Positions 49,086 through 63,528 of a stretch of DNA of 64,000 nt are shown here, piece by piece. Below the pieces are notes generated by a model. That model searched no databases, was not told the origin of the DNA, and saw nothing but the letters and a program-made list of their open reading frames with translations. The translations under genes and the position numbers were made by a program. The stretch is from Chiloscyllium plagiosum (taxonomy: Eukaryota): the NCBI RefSeq assembly GCF_004010195.1, contig NC_057755.1, positions 7,930,676 to 7,994,675 of the forward strand, in the 5' to 3' direction. Numbering within the stretch: the stretch's first letter is position 1; each line of letters begins with the position of its first letter.

Positions 49086-52000
49086 GGTCGTTCCCCTGAA
49101 AAACAAGTATGCTGTTTTGGATATGTTGGCGGGCGGTGACTTATCAGGGACATGCCTTGTGGTGCAGATCTCTGGCACATACTCTGTCCCTGTTGCACAG
49201 AAGGGAAGAGGGAAAAAGGAGGAGAGTGTTAGGCATTGGATGATGAATAGTTAGAGGGACAGATAGAATCTTTATTGGAAATGAAAGAGACCCGTGATTG
49301 GTGTGCTGCCTCCGAAATGCCAGAGCCCATGATGTCTTGGATAGTGTCTTTGGGGTCCTGAAGGGGGAGGGCGACCAGCCCCATGTCGTGGTCGACATTG
49401 GTACCAACTAAATATGTAGAAAGAGAGATAGGGATGTACAGCAGGACTTCAGGGAGCTAGTGTGGAGCTGAAAGTTGGAACAAGCAGAATTGGTATCTTT
49501 GGTTTGTTACCCATGTCACGTGATAGCGAGGTGAGGAATAGGGAGCGATATCAGCTGAACACGTGGCTGCAGGGATGGTGCAAAAGGGAGGGTTTCAGGC
49601 ATATGGATATTTGGGGCTCATTCTGGGGAAGGTGGGACGTCTACAAACAGGACAGTATAACGGTGGCTGAAAGAACTTTTGACGAGGACTCGTCTACTGA
49701 GGTGACATGGGCTGAAGTTAGAAACAGAAGAGGAGATGTCGCACTGATGGGAGTTTCTGTAAATTTTAAAGGATGCGAGGAGAGGATCTGGGAAGGAGTG
49801 AAAGGGACAGGGTGGTCATTATGGGGGCTTTAACTTCCACAATATTGACTAGAAATGCTATAACTCTATCACATCGGATGGAACAGTTTTTGTCCAATGC
49901 CTGCAAAAGGGTTTCCTAACACAGTGATGTGAGAGGCGGACAAGAGGGGTCGCCAGATTAGATCTGGTACTTGGTAATGAACCAGGCCAGAGGCTTGATT
50001 TAGTTGTAATTAAGCACTTTGGAGAGAGTGGCCATAATTTTATTGTGTTTTGTTTAGCGATGGAAATGGATCAGTACATGCGACAGGGCAAGAGTTAGAG
50101 CCGAGGGAAGGGCAATTATAATGCAATTAGGCTAGACTTAGGAAGCATAGAATGGATTAGCAAAATGCAGGCAATAGCGACAGTCAAAATGTGGAGCGGT
50201 TTAAGGAACAGATATTGCATTTCCTTGATAGTTATGTCCCTGTCAGGCAGGGAGGAAGTGATAAGGTAAGGGAACCGTTGTATACAAAATAAATTGTAAT
50301 TCTTGTTAAGGGAAAGAGGGAAGCTTATGTGACGTTGAGATGGTTCAGATAAGGCGATGTCTCCATCGATTACAGATTAGGTAGGTAGGATTTAAAGAGA
50401 GAGCTAAGAGAGCAAGGAGGGGACATGAGCAGTTTTTAGCAGGTAGAATAAAGGAGAACCTTAAAGCTTTCTATTGGTATGTGAGGAATAAAAGAATGAC
50501 AAGGGCAGGAATAGGACCAGTCAAAGACAGAAAGTGGGAAGTTGTATGTGGCCTCTGTGGAGATCGGAGAAGTGCTAAATGAATATTTCTCATCTGTTTT
50601 CACTCAGGAAAATGAAAATATTGTAGAGGAGTGGGCTCAGTTACGAGATAGGGAGGGCTAACGTTAGTAAAGAGGAGGTGTTATCAATTCTAGAAGATGT
50701 GAAAGTAGATAAGTCCCTGGGACCGGATGGGATTTTTCCGAGGATTCTCTACGAATCTTGGGAATCGATGTTGGCGCCTTTCACCTTGATCTTTGAGTCG
50801 TCATTGTCTTAAGTTTCAGTACCAGATGACTGGAGGAATGCAAATGTTGTGCCCTTGTTCAGGAAGGGCAATAAAGTTGACCCAGGTAATGATAGACCAG
50901 TGAGCCTTATGTCTGTTGAAAGAAACGGTTTGGAAAAGATTATAAGAGATTGGATTTATAATCATCCAGCAAGCAACAATTTGATTGGGGATAGTCAACA
51001 TGGTTTCATCAAGGGCAGGTCGTGTCTCACAAATCTCAATGAGTTTTTGTGAAGGTAACCAAGCATGTGGATGAGGGTAGGACAGTTGACGTGGTGTTAA
51101 TGGGCTTCTGTAAAGCCTTTGATAAGGTTCCACGTGGTCGGCCTCGGGAGAAATTGCGGAGGCATGGGATTGAGGGTGATTGAGCAGTTTGGATTAGAAA
51201 CTGGCTTTCTGCAAGAAGGCAGTGAATGGTGGTTGATGGAAAATATTCAGCTTGGAGTCCAGTTACCAGTGGTGTGCCACAAAAATCTGTTTTGTCATTT
51301 TTATAAATGACTTGGACACAGCATAGGTGGATTGGTTAGTAAGATTGCAGATGACACTAAAGTCGGTGGAGTGGGGGACAGTGTGGAAGAATGTTGCAGG
51401 TCACAGAAGGACTGCAGATAAACTGCAGAATTATGCTGAGAATTGGAAAATGGAGTTCAAAGCAGATAAATGTGAGGTGATTCACTTTGCGAAGAGAAAT
51501 AGGATGGCAAAGTACTGTGTCAATGGAAAGATTCTTGGTTGTGTGGATGTGCAGAGGTATCTTGGTGTCCATGCACATATATCCCTGGAAGTTTCCACCC
51601 AGTTTGATAGGGCTGTTTAGAATGCATATGGCGTGTTCGGGTACATTGGGAGAGGGATTGAATTCCGGAGCTGTGATGTCATGCTGCAACTGCACAAAAC
51701 ATTAGTGCGGCCTCACTTGAAATAATGTGTTCAGTTCTGGTCGCCCCATTACAGGAAGGATGTGGAGGCATTGGAAAATGTACAGAGGAGATTTACCAGG
51801 ATGTTGCTTGTCTGGAGGGAAGGTCTTATGAGGAAAGGCTGAGGGACTTGGGTCTGTTCTCATTGAAGAGAAGAAGCCTTAGAGGGGATTTAATGGAGAC
51901 ATACAAGATGATCAGGGGATAGGATGGACAGTGTGAGTCTTTTTCTAGGATGATGACGTCCGCTTGTACGAGTGAGCATAGCTGCAAGTTGATGGGTGAT

Positions 52001-52232
52001 GGATTTAAGACAGATGTCAGAGACAGGTTCATTACTCAGAGAGTGGTAAGACCGTAGAATTTCCTTCCTGCAATATATTTAACTGAGCCACATTGGATGC
52101 ATTTAAATAGTCCTTATATCGGCATATGGATGATGATGGGATAATGTCAGGGGACGGGCTTATATTTGTTCACAGGTTGGTGGAACATTGAGGACCGAAA
52201 GGCCTATTCTGCGCTGTATTGTTCTATATTCT
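49086..52232 (+). mobile_element. Near full-length CR1 LINE (ORF1 SGNH esterase, ORF2 APE-RT), disrupted and internally deleted
   Basis: LNTWLQGWCKREGFR..D.WGSFWGRWD (ORF1); PGNDRPVSL, DSQHGFIKGRSCLTNL, KAFDKVP, ADDTK (ORF2); 3' tail. Confidence 0.92.
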
Positions 52233-54068
52233 GTACATAACATAATATAAAAGCATATGTGGTTTATTTGGATCTTACCTTGGGATGTTTCCACTGCGTG
52301 CTGGAGTCTCAAAGAAGACCTTCACTGTTTTCCAACTTGTGTAAACCTTTGAGCTCCTCAACAGTTTCTGGAACCAACAGTCTCATGTTGAGCTTTCATA
52401 TTCCCTTGCCAACCCACTGACCATGTTCTCGGAGAGCACAGTTTAACGTGCAGCACAGAAACAAGTAATGTTAAATGAGCGGATAGATTTAACTGGTCTA
52501 TGCTGCACGAAATGTCCAAAATGCAACTCTATTTACATAGAAGCACGCGCAACTCCAATAAGGAATAGAATTTATGGAATAACACAAGCAGTTTGAATAT
52601 GCAACAATATTTATGGATGAACACGAACAACTTCATTGCATAATAATGTTTACATATATACACAAACAGCTCTCATACACAACAACTTTCGTATCTCAAC
52701 TAAAACAGTACCAATACAAAACAATATTTACGGACGAACACCAACAGTTTGAATACACATCAACATTTACGCAGAAACACAAATACCTCCAATGTTTGCA
52801 TATATTCATCCATAAACACAAGCAGTTCCAATCTAGAACAGCATTTATGTCAAACAAGTACAGCTCCATCCGCAATAATAAGATGTAAACAGGTCCAATG
52901 CATGATGATTTTCTTTAATTACGTGAAGTTCCAAACCAGAACTGTATTTATGCATGGACACAAAGTAATACAACATACAACAGTATGAATACATTACATA
53001 TGAACATATACGTGCATTTATATGCAGAAAAATCATGTATAACATGCAGTATTGTTTACATGAATGATTAAAGGGCGGAAGCGAATGTGCTGTAGCCAGG
53101 TTTGCGGATGACATAAATATAGGTGGGAAGGGAAATTGCGAGAGGGATACAAACAGTTTAGAGAGATATTCATAGATGAAGTATTTGTACCAGAATTTGT
53201 CAAATAGGAAATCACGTTGCATCGTGTGAATTAGATCATTTTAGAAATTCGAGCAGCAGAACAGAACAACATTCTAATAGAGAAAAAAAATGCCGAAAGC
53301 TGTAACAAAAAGGGACTTGAGATTAAATATGCTCAAAACACAGCAAGCTAGCACAGAAGTATAGCAGGTAATCTCGAAAGCTAATGCAATATTGGTCCTT
53401 ATTTCAAGAGGGTCAGAGTTTAAGAGTAGAGGAATCTTAATGCTTCTGTGGAAGGTGCTAGTGAGTCCTATGAGCAGTTTTTGTCCCCATATTGAAAGAA
53501 AGAGGTTTCAAAATACAATGTGTATAAAAAACCGGAACAAGTCAAACTGGCAACAGTAGTTAGATGTAGCTGCAAACATCTCCAGTGCACAACTGTATTT
53601 ACACAGAGACACAAATTTCTCCAACATACAACATTTTTTATACAGTGACACAGACAGGTCGTATGTATAACAATAGCTATATATCGAGCCAAAACCTACA
53701 ACACACAATTATAATTGTACACAGGCAGAACTTTTCTAATTTATTGCATGAAAAATTTCCAATATGTTGCATGCAGCATTCGGAATCAAGTAGACAAATA
53801 CATGGTGCAAATTGATATCACAAACACTTTGAACGATTTAAACTGGGTGGCGACACAGGGGTTATTAATATTTCCAGAACATGTATGTAGAACAGAGAGT
53901 ATGGAAATTGACAGGAACAGAACTTCCGGCACAGAAGATAATGGGACAATATGAAATGAATAGTAGTCAGGGCAGGACGAATAGTGTTGTATTAAAACGT
54001 ATGCAACATATGAAACAAGATAAATGAGCTTGTAGAGAAAGTTGAAATCGGCAGGTACGATGTTGAAG

Positions 54069-54848
54069 TGATACGACATGGCAGTGGACCCCTCTGTTAA
54101 TTAAAGCAATCACCCAGAAAAGCTCACCTCGCCTCGTAGTCTATTAAAATATGAACGCGCAAGAACTCACAAATTCCACTATTTGAAGAAAATAATATCA
54201 ATTTAGTTGTTTTAACTCTAAAATTGAACATTAAACAAAAAAAAAACTATTCACAATTCTAAACTCTCCTTTCCCTTATCTGCTTATTATCTGTCTTCAA
54301 ATCTACAAAGATATGCTGTTCTAATAAGACACTTTCTGAAATTAAGTCAACTTTGTTTCAAAACCACATAGCGGCTGTCATTTCTGTGACTTTACCCTTC
54401 CAGCTGAAGATCTCCCTGGATCGTCACCTTTCATTTTACTGTGAATATATTTCATACTAAAAGGTACGTTGGATAGAGAGTGTTTCCGAATTTCTTGGGT
54501 CTCAGTCGTTGGCAGTTGCCCTTTGTCCAGTTTCCAAAATGCATGTTTTTTTATATCCCCAACATCGGATCATTTCAGTGGTTCAATGTTGGCAAAACAA
54601 TAAATTCAAGCTTGATTGGGTTTTAGTATTCTGGGGCAAAATTTAAGCTGATTGGTTAAATTCGAATTGTCGTCAAAACAGCCTAGCAACTCAGGTATCT
54701 ATTTCACATCCAAATATAGCATATTTCCAATTTTCCACTACACTCTGTGACTGTGATGTGATCATATACATAGGTGCTTGTAAGCACTCAGTTCATGACA
54801 GCGTTCAATTTCTCTCACATGTCCTGTACACGCATTCAACCCCATAAC
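54069..54848. mobile_element. Solo LTR, same family as 26849-27579
   Basis: TGATACGACATGG...CCATAACA termini and shared internal blocks. Confidence 0.65.
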
Positions 54849-54989
54849 AGAGCTCATCAAAGTAATATGTTTGCAAGGGATTGTGGATGGACAGTAAACA
54901 CCCAAGAATACACATCCCATTGAAAGTATCGGGAAATGGTCAAAGAGGGTTGTGTTGCATTTTTCGTAAGAAATGAAATTAAATCATTT

Positions 54990-55200
54990 TCTTCATGGGT
55001 TTCCGCCGGGTGCTCTGGTTTCCTTCCACACTCCAAATATGTAGACGTTAAGTGGACGGACCATGGTAAATTGCAGCTACTGTCCGGAGACGTGCAATCT
55101 TGATGAATTAGCCAGGGGAAAATGCAGATATATAGGGATATGGTGGAGGGTATGCGTCTGGGCGGGATGCTCTTCAGAGAGTCCGTGTGGACTCTATCTC
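54990..55200 (+). mobile_element. 5'-truncated HE1-type SINE
   Basis: GGGTTTCCGCCGGGTGCTCTGGTTTCC core. Confidence 0.75.
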
Positions 55201-58124
55201 CACGTTCTATGGATTCTATGCTTCAATGCCAATAAGTGATAGACATTCATAAGCTGTAGAATCTGTGTGAGTTGAGGTGAGGAATCACTGAGGAAAAAAC
55301 ACCGTGTTGGGAGTAGAGTGCAGGCTTCCTCACAATAGCCAGAATGTGAGACATAAAATGAATCAAGTGATAAAAATGGCGTATAGGAAATGCACGACAA
55401 GTATCACGAGGCACCTCAAAACGGATTTGGAGATTGAACACAGATCTCGTTTACAGGATTTGTTTTGTGGAACAACATGTGATCGAGCCGAAGACAGAAC
55501 AGGAAATGTTGGATGTTGTGTTGTGGAACGATGTCGAGTTTATTAGGAGACCTAACATGTCGGAACGCCGAGGGGCAGTCATCACAATATAATAGAATTC
55601 ACCCTGCAGTTTGTGAGGGAGAAGCTTGCTTCAGATGTAACGGTATTTCAGTTGTGTAAAGATACTGACAGAGACATGAGGGAGGAGCTGGCCAGAGTTG
55701 ATTGCGAGGGGATCCGAGGAGCAAAGATAGTGGAGCAGCAATAGTAGTAGCCTCTGGATCTAATTTCAGAGGCAGAACAGAAATTGACTCTAAAAAAGAG
55801 TATCCGAATGCGAGGTTAAGGGAATCATTACTGAAAAGGAAAGTCAAGGTCAGCATAAAAACAAAAGAATAGGACTTACTATGGTGAATATAGGTGTAAG
55901 GTCAGAGGAATGGGAAACCTTTAAAAACCCGCAGAGAATAAAAAAAAAATATGGAGGGAGCAAATGAAATATGAAGGCAAGATAGTTCGTAATATAAATG
56001 AGGCTTGTGAAAGTTTGTAAAGATACAAAAGTTAAGAGGGAAGCAAGATTGGATATGGATCATTGGAAAACGAGGCTGGAGAAGTAGTCTTGACGAACAA
56101 AGAGATCAGAAAGGAATTTATTGGTTAATTTGCACCAGTTTCAACACCAAACGCATTAGCAAGATACTGGAAGTTCAAGAGATTCAGGGGCAGAGGTACG
56201 TGTGATGACCATCACGAAGAGAAAGGTGCTGGCGGCGCTGGAAGTTCAGAAGTTGATAATTCATCTATACCCGACGGACTATATTCGACAGTTCAGAAGT
56301 AAATACCTGAGGAGATTGTAGCGAATCACAGGGCTCCCGGAGGTCTGGAAAATCGCGTATATGTTATCTGTATTTAAAAACGGAGACAGGAAGCTACAGG
56401 TCACCTCGGTGATCAGTAGGATTTCCGACTCCAGTATTAACTGTGAGATCGCAGACATCTTGGAAGTACATGGTAAGATGGGGTGAGACAGAACAGCTTC
56501 ATCAAGAGGAGGTTAAGCCTGACAAATCTGTTAGAATGCTTTGAGGATTTAACGAGGAAGTTGGACAATGGAGAACCAGTAGACGTGATCTATCTGGAAT
56601 TCCAGAAGGCTTTAGTTGTGGTCCCGCACAGGAGATGGCTAAATAGGATGAGCTCCCATGGTATTAGGAAGAAGGTAGTGGAATGGACAGAAGATAGGTG
56701 ACTGAAGACAGAGAGTGGGGACAAATGGTTCCTTTTCAGAATGACAGCCAGTGACTACTGGAGTTCCACATGGCTGAGTATTGGGACCACTAGTATTTAC
56801 CTGCTACATTAATGAACTGTACAAAGGAACTTGTAAAAATAGGTGGAGGAAAAGATCATGCTCAGGAAGCGGCCAGGGTGCAGATCGACAGTGGCATTTT
56901 GGGAAGCTTTTAAAAATGAGATAACGAGAGTCCAGAGCCAGTATGTTCCTGTTGGTGTGAAGGTCAAGACTGGTAGGTTTAATGCATGCTGGATACCTAG
57001 AGGAATTGCGGCTCTTATCAAGAAAAAGAAGGAAGCATATGTCAAGTGTCGTCAACAAGAATTGAGTGAATGCCTAGAAGACCAAAAATGCATTTGCAGT
57101 ATGCTCAAGAAGGATATCAAGAAGACAAAAAGCGGACATGAGATAATTTGGCAGATACAGTTCAGGAGATTCTTTGAGGGATTCTGCGAAATAAGGACAA
57201 AAGAATAACTCGAGAGAGAATAGAACCACTTAAGGATCAGCAAGGCCGCAGGTGTGTGGAACCTCAAGAGTTGGTAAGCTACTAAATGAGTATTTTGCAT
57301 CAGTCTTCCAATGGTATAGAAAATGCAAGATAGCGAACTTGGAGAAATAAATTGTCATATATTGAAAAGTGTCCGTATTTCAGAGGTGGAGGCGCTGGAT
57401 GTTTGAAAACGCATAATGTAAGATATATCCTCGAGACCTGATCAAGTGTCTCCCAGACGTTTGTGGGAAGCTAGGGAAGAGATTGCTGGTGTTTTTTGCT
57501 GAATATATTGGTGTCATCGATAACCGTGGGTGAGTTAGTATAAGACTGGAGATTTGTTAATGTGCTGCCATTATTTGGAAACAAGGAACTATAGATCAGT
57601 GATTCTAACGTTAATGATGGGTAAGTTGTTGGAGGGTAAAATAACTCCAAGGAGGTACGTATCCTATCATGAATTCGCCTTGTATTTACATGTGCACAAT
57701 GCATGGACGTTTACAAGCTTGATCAGAACCAGTTATTAAAGTGAGCAGACTGCATGAGACCCCTGTTTACATCTGTCATCTGGGGCTCTGTGATTGGCCC
57801 AGGTTAACAGCCCCAATCGGGGAACTCATACTTGATGACATCCACCAGTGCCTCATTCCATTCACCACAGAAGGGATTCTGAGAAACAGGATTTACATGT
57901 GTTTGAAAAGGCACGGGCTGATTAAGTACGTTTTTGTGCGTGGGAAATTCTATCTCACTAACTTGATTGAGTATTTTAAAGAAATGGTCAGAGAAGACTG
58001 CTAACCGTCGGGTGGTGGACATTGCCTGTCGGGACATAAACCGATGTTTATAGCTTTAGACACAAAAATCACAGACAATAACATTTACATACATGCACAA
58101 GCATTCCTTTATCAATGCGTGGAG

Positions 58125-61100
58125 TGCTTGAAATAAGTTTCGAAAAGCATTCAGAATAAATTAGACGGACCGATGATGCAAACTTATATCAGAAGGACTT
58201 TAAATTAATTGACGTGGATGACGGTTCAGGAGGCGTTATCAAAATTCCAGCAACAAGTAAATAGAGCAGAGGCATTGGAAAGTGGCAAGAGGTTTACATC
58301 AGGCTCAGCATATAAGAGGTCAAATACAAGAATGGTGCAGTCAACGAAAGACTCAGGGTGTTGTTTAATGTCCATGCAGTACATGAAACGAGATAAATGA
58401 GCTTGTAGTGTGTATTGAAGGTGGCAAGTGGGATGTCATGGGGACAAAGTAACCAATGATACGGATCCTTTCAAAAGGACAGGCGGTGGGCAGAGAGGGT
58501 GGGCTTGCTTTGTTAGTAAGAAATTAAATTAAATTAATAGCAAGATGTGATATAGAGTAAGAAGGTGTAAAATCATTCTGGGTAGAATTGGGGAACTGCA
58601 AAGGAAATATGACTCTGATGAGAGTTGTGTCCTGGCTTCTCAACAGTATTCAGGATGTGAGGCAGAAAATAAATCAGGAAATAGAAAAGGTCCATAGGAA
58701 CGACAATAGTACAGGAATAATGGGTCACCTCAATACACAGAAAATCGAGTGGGTCACCCATCTCGTCTTCAAGATTTGTTATATTTGGAGCAACTTGTGA
58801 TGGAGCCCAAAAGGCAACAGGCACTTCTGGATTTCGTAGTCTATTATGAGCCAGACTTGATTGGGGATGCTAAAGCGAAGCAACCAGAAGGGCCAGTGAA
58901 CATAGTATAACGAAATTCAGCTAACCGTTTAAGAGTGAGAATCTAGAAACAAATGTACTATTGCAATTGAATGAAGCTAACTACAAAGTCATGAGGCAGG
59001 AGCTGTGCACAGTTGATTGGAAAGAGTAGGGTAGCAATGTTAGGAGTTTCTTATCGTAATTGACGGTACAGAGCAGAAATTCATCCCAATGAAGAAGAAG
59101 CATACTAAAAGGAGAATGAGGCAACTAAGGTTGAACGGAATGTCAGAGACTGGATGAAATCAAATGGAAGTCACTTAAAAATAGTGGCAAGTTATAGGAT
59201 TGGGAAACCTTTAAAAAACTAGCAAAGGATGACTAAAACATCTGTAAGGGGGAAAATGATGCAAATTGATGGTAGGCTCGGTCGTAATATAAATGAAGAT
59301 TGCAAAATCCTTATTTATATACAAAAGGTAAGGGACAGGCAAAAGTGAATGTGGGACCATTGGAAAATGAGGCTGAAGAAATAGTAATGGAGAACTACTT
59401 CTGACATTTGAGAGGAACTGAATGGGTAATTTGCAATAGTTTCAGAGTGGAGGCAACAGCAGCGTACCAGAAGTTCAAGACAGTCAGGGGCAGAGGCGAT
59501 TTCGATTACCACCACGAAGAGGATGGTACTGGGATAGCTGAAACGTGTGATAACTATAAATCACTGGGACCTCACAGACCTTCTTCCACAGTTCTGAAGC
59601 AGATAGCTGAGGAGCTTATAGAGGCATTGGTGTTGATCTTTCAGGAATCCCTGGCCCGAGAAAGGTTCGCAGAGGACTGGAAAATAGTTCATGAATCATT
59701 TGTGTTCAGGAAAGGTGACAGGAAGACAGAAAATAATAGCCATCTCATTTGACCTCAGTCATCGCTAAGACTTTGAAGTCAATTTTTAAGGATGAGATCG
59801 CAGACTACTTGTAAATAAAGGAGGGCTGAGATGGAACGGTTTCATCAAGGGGATGTCATACCTAACAAATATGTTAGAATGCTTTGAGGCTCTGATGAGA
59901 GAGTTCGATAAAAGAGAGCCATTGGACATGATCTCTGGATTTCCCGAAGACTTTTGGCTAAGCCCTGCACAGGAGGCTGCAAAATAAGATGCGATCCTAT
60001 TGAGCAATGTGCGGGCATGGATAGAGAATTGGCTGAATGACAGAAGGCAGAGAGTGGGGATAAATGATTCATTTTTAGGATGATATTTGGTGATGCATGA
60101 TGCTGAATAGGGCTGTGTATTGGTATCACAAGCATTCTCGTTGCAAATTAACGATCTGCATGAACAAACTGAGGCATTGTTGCGACGTTTGCAGAAGTCA
60201 CAAGATAGGTGGAGGGAGAGATCGTGTTAGGGAAGTGGCGAGGCTGTAGAAGGAACAGCTGCATAGTGGGAAGCTTTGAAGAATGATATAACTTGAGCCC
60301 AGTGTTGGACCTTTCTATCAGTGCGAGGGGCAAGAATGGTAGCTGTTGGGAATGCTGGATGACAACAAGAATTGAGGCTTATGGTTAAGGAAAAGAAGAA
60401 AGCATATGTCAGGTATAGACAATATGGGTCAAGTGAATACCTAAAACTGTATACGTGCAATTGCAGTATTCTCAAGAAGGAAATCGGGAGGGCAAAAATG
60501 GGACATGAGGTCGCTTAGGGTTAATGAGAATCCAAAGGGAGACTATGAATGTATTAAGGACAAAAGAAGAACAAGGTGGATCTTTGGGTTCCTTAGAATT
60601 TAGCAAGGCTACCTACATGTGAAACTGTAGTAGGTGGGTGAAGTACTAAATAAATATTTCACGTCAGTATTTATTAATGAGTAGAACATTGGAGAACTTG
60701 CAGAAAAAGATCAGTGATGTCTTGATAAGTATCGTTATTACAGACGAGGTTATGCTGGACAACTTTGGTCAGAATCTTTGGTGACCTTTAAACGGCAATT
60801 GGATAGGTACATGGATGGGTGCTTAAGCTAGGACAAATGTTCGGCACAACATCGTGGGCCGAAGGGCCTGTTCTGTGCTGTATTGTTCTATGTTCTATGT
60901 TCTAACTCAGAACGCATAATGTGCAGCCATTATTTATACAAGATAGCAAGTAAAAGCCAGCGAACTATAGACCAGTGAGCCTGGTTTAGTGATAAGAAAG
61001 CTTTGAAGGGAGAAATAACTCCAAGAAGGGAGTGTTCCCGTCACAATGTTGTCTTTTATTTACACGTGCACAATAAAGCTTGATCAAATCCAGTTACAAG

Positions 61101-62160
61101 AATTGGAAGACTGTGAGACTCCTTGTCAGTATCTATTAGCCAGGGATCCATGATTAGCCTGGGTAAACAGGCCCAACCAGGGATCTCACATTCGATGTAA
61201 TATACCGGGTCTTCATTCTAATCACTACATTATTTACATGTGTTTGGAAAGACAAGGACTGATGAGAGATAGACAAGAAAGCTTTATGCATTGGAAATCG
61301 ATTATCACTAACCTGACTGAGTTTATTTTAAAGAAGTGACAAAGAGGTCTGATGAAGGCAGAGTGGTGGACGTTGTCTGTGGAGACTTCAGCAAGGTGCT
61401 CAACAAGGCTACATGTGGCCACCGGAGAACTGCAATGATTGGTGCTGGTTCCACTGCAGTTTGCGATTTATTTTAACTGGGTAAATGTGAATACAGTAGG
61501 GACGATTGTAAGTTTACAGATGACAACAAAATTGATGGTGCAATGGACTGTCAAGAAGATTATATGAGACTGCAACTGGACCTTGAGCAGATGGGCCGTT
61601 GGGCCAAGGACTGGCAGATGGAGATTAATATAAATGTATGTGAAGTGGTACAGTTGGGTAGGGGAAATTATGGCAGGTCTAATACTCTTAATTTTAAAAT
61701 TCTGAGCAGTGTTTGGTGAACAAAGAAGACTTGGAGTGGACGTTGGTAGTTCCTTGAAAGTTGATGCGCAGGTAGACAAAATAGAGAAGAAGGCATTTGA
61801 TACAATTTCCTTTATTGATTAATGCATCAAATTTCGGCGTTTAGATGTCATATTGCACCGGTTAGGCCAATTTTGGAATACTGTGTTCAACTCTGATCTC
61901 CCTGCTATAGGAAAGATGGCATTAAACTTGAAAGGGTTCAGAAACGATTTACAAAGGTTTTACCCATGTAGGCACTTGAGAGCGATAGAGAGTGATTAAT
62001 TAGGTTGGGATTGTGTTCTCTAGAGAATCAGAGGCAGAAGTTTATGGAGACGATAAAATCACGAGGGACATGGATAAAGTGAATAGCATGCTCTTTTTTC
62101 CCAAGGGAGAGGAGTCCAACACTAGAAAGCACATTTTTATGGGGAAGCGGGAAATATCTG
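58125..62160 (+). mobile_element. Composite old CR1 block, copy B (contains a young CR1 3' end at ~60770-60905)
   Basis: Same order of segments as 53745-58040, continuing into the RT C-terminus (DDNKIDG, WAKDWQME). Confidence 0.75.
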
Positions 62161-62166
62161 TTCCTA

Positions 62167-62700
62167 TGAATGAATGAATGAATGAATGACTTACTTATTG
62201 CCACATATATTTCGAACAAATACATGAAAAATGTATCGTCACCCCAATCCAGCACCATTTTAAAGTACAAGAAAAACTAAAGAAAGTATGTAAACAAAAT
62301 TCATCTTCATTGGTCAGGGTCTGGAGAGTTGCTTCTCTCAGCCCAGCACTGCCAGGCGTCCGTGGTCCGGGCACTGACACCACCACAGTTGACAACCTGC
62401 TGATGCCGCCAGGAGTCCATGCTCCGGATCGAACGCCTCCAGGTGCCCTCGGTCTGAGCATAACACAGACAGGACTCTGCACTCTAGACCTATTGCAGCC
62501 AGGAGTCCCCAGTCTGGATCTACAGCAGCCAAGGACCCGTTTTCCCGTCCCATGAAGCCAGCAGTCCCAATCGACACTACTCTGGCCTCCCTGCTGAAAA
62601 AAAGAAAAAGAAAACAGAAGACAAAATGGCGGGAGAGAAAAAGAATGCGGATGGGCTCACCCTAAATACGAACCTGCTTCTTCCATGCTACGAGACCCTG
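62167..62700 (-). mobile_element. Probable LINE-type 3' UTR with (ATTC)n tail
   Basis: (GAAT)n at 62167-62189 followed by a tail-like CTTATTG.CAC...AAATACA.GAAAA sequence. Confidence 0.4.
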
Positions 62701-63401
62701 GGATGAGGTGGAGCTGTGTTCAGCTCATCCTGGTATTGCACCAGTATGCTCGGTTTCCTCGTGTCATGCCTTTTACTAATTATTCCCTTGTCTTGTTCAG
62801 TCAATTAGTCTTAGGTCTTTGACCCGAAATAAAAGTTCAGTTTTCAGAGTTTTTTGGGGAGAGATGCTAATATTTGAAACTTTCCCAGGTTGCGAGAAAT
62901 ACTCCATGGATAGCAATCTGTGAACCATGACCTGTTGTCGGGATCAGTCGTCACTTTTCACAAAACGGGGTCTCAGGATGAGGCAGTCACAACCACATCC
63001 TTACAAACACACACATATACACACAGTCATTCTGGAATATTAGTAACACATCTATACGCAGACACCAAATCACACTCACATCCACAAACATATTAAGAAA
63101 TAAAGTTATACATTAAGGCATTAGACTCCAACATGCAAGATCTTGTAGAAACGTTGCTATACACATACTCAAGCACAATTACAGAGCTACAGAAACAGTT
63201 TGGTATGGGCAAAGAATGACACTCATAAACAAATGCAGAGATACAGAGAGATCGTTTTGGACACATAGAAAGTCTCGGCAGCCAAACACGGTCTCAACAA
63301 TACACTCATCTACTTGAACAGTCAGGCAGACACAAACTCACACCCACACTCAGAGACACATACATGCATAGAGTCACAGAACCATAATAAAATGCAATAG
63401 C

Positions 63402-63404
<3 letters not shown>

Positions 63405-63484
<80 letters not shown>

Positions 63485-63528
63485 NNNNNNNNNNNNNNNN
63501 NNNNNCACACACACACACACACACACAC
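63405..63528. repeat. (CA)n microsatellite spanning a gap, within a CA-rich low-complexity region (63000-63850)
   Basis: Directly visible. Confidence 0.97.

Larger units (their letters stand above)
47585..53740. repeat. Diverged ~39-bp minisatellite in blocks (47585-47830, 48940-49085, 52520-53050, 53510-53740) split by CR1 insertions
   Basis: Consensus ~CACAACAATATTTACACATAAACACAAACAGCTCCAATA; 13-aa periodicity in ORFs 47721..47945 and 52613..52888. Confidence 0.75.
53745..58040 (+). mobile_element. Composite old CR1 block, copy A (two CR1 families with LTR and SINE insertions)
   Basis: SLTNLLECFE..T.KLD.GEPVDVIYL.FQKA; switch to a second CR1 family at ~56880. Confidence 0.75.

Noticed and set aside
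49250..49650. SGNH/GDSL esterase as a captured host enzyme
   Set aside because: Standard ORF1 domain of fish-type CR1 elements, directly upstream of ORF2
52278..52440. Possible minus-strand exon ending AAG|GTAAGA
   Set aside because: Only a donor-like motif and a short frame with no recognisable homology; insufficient support
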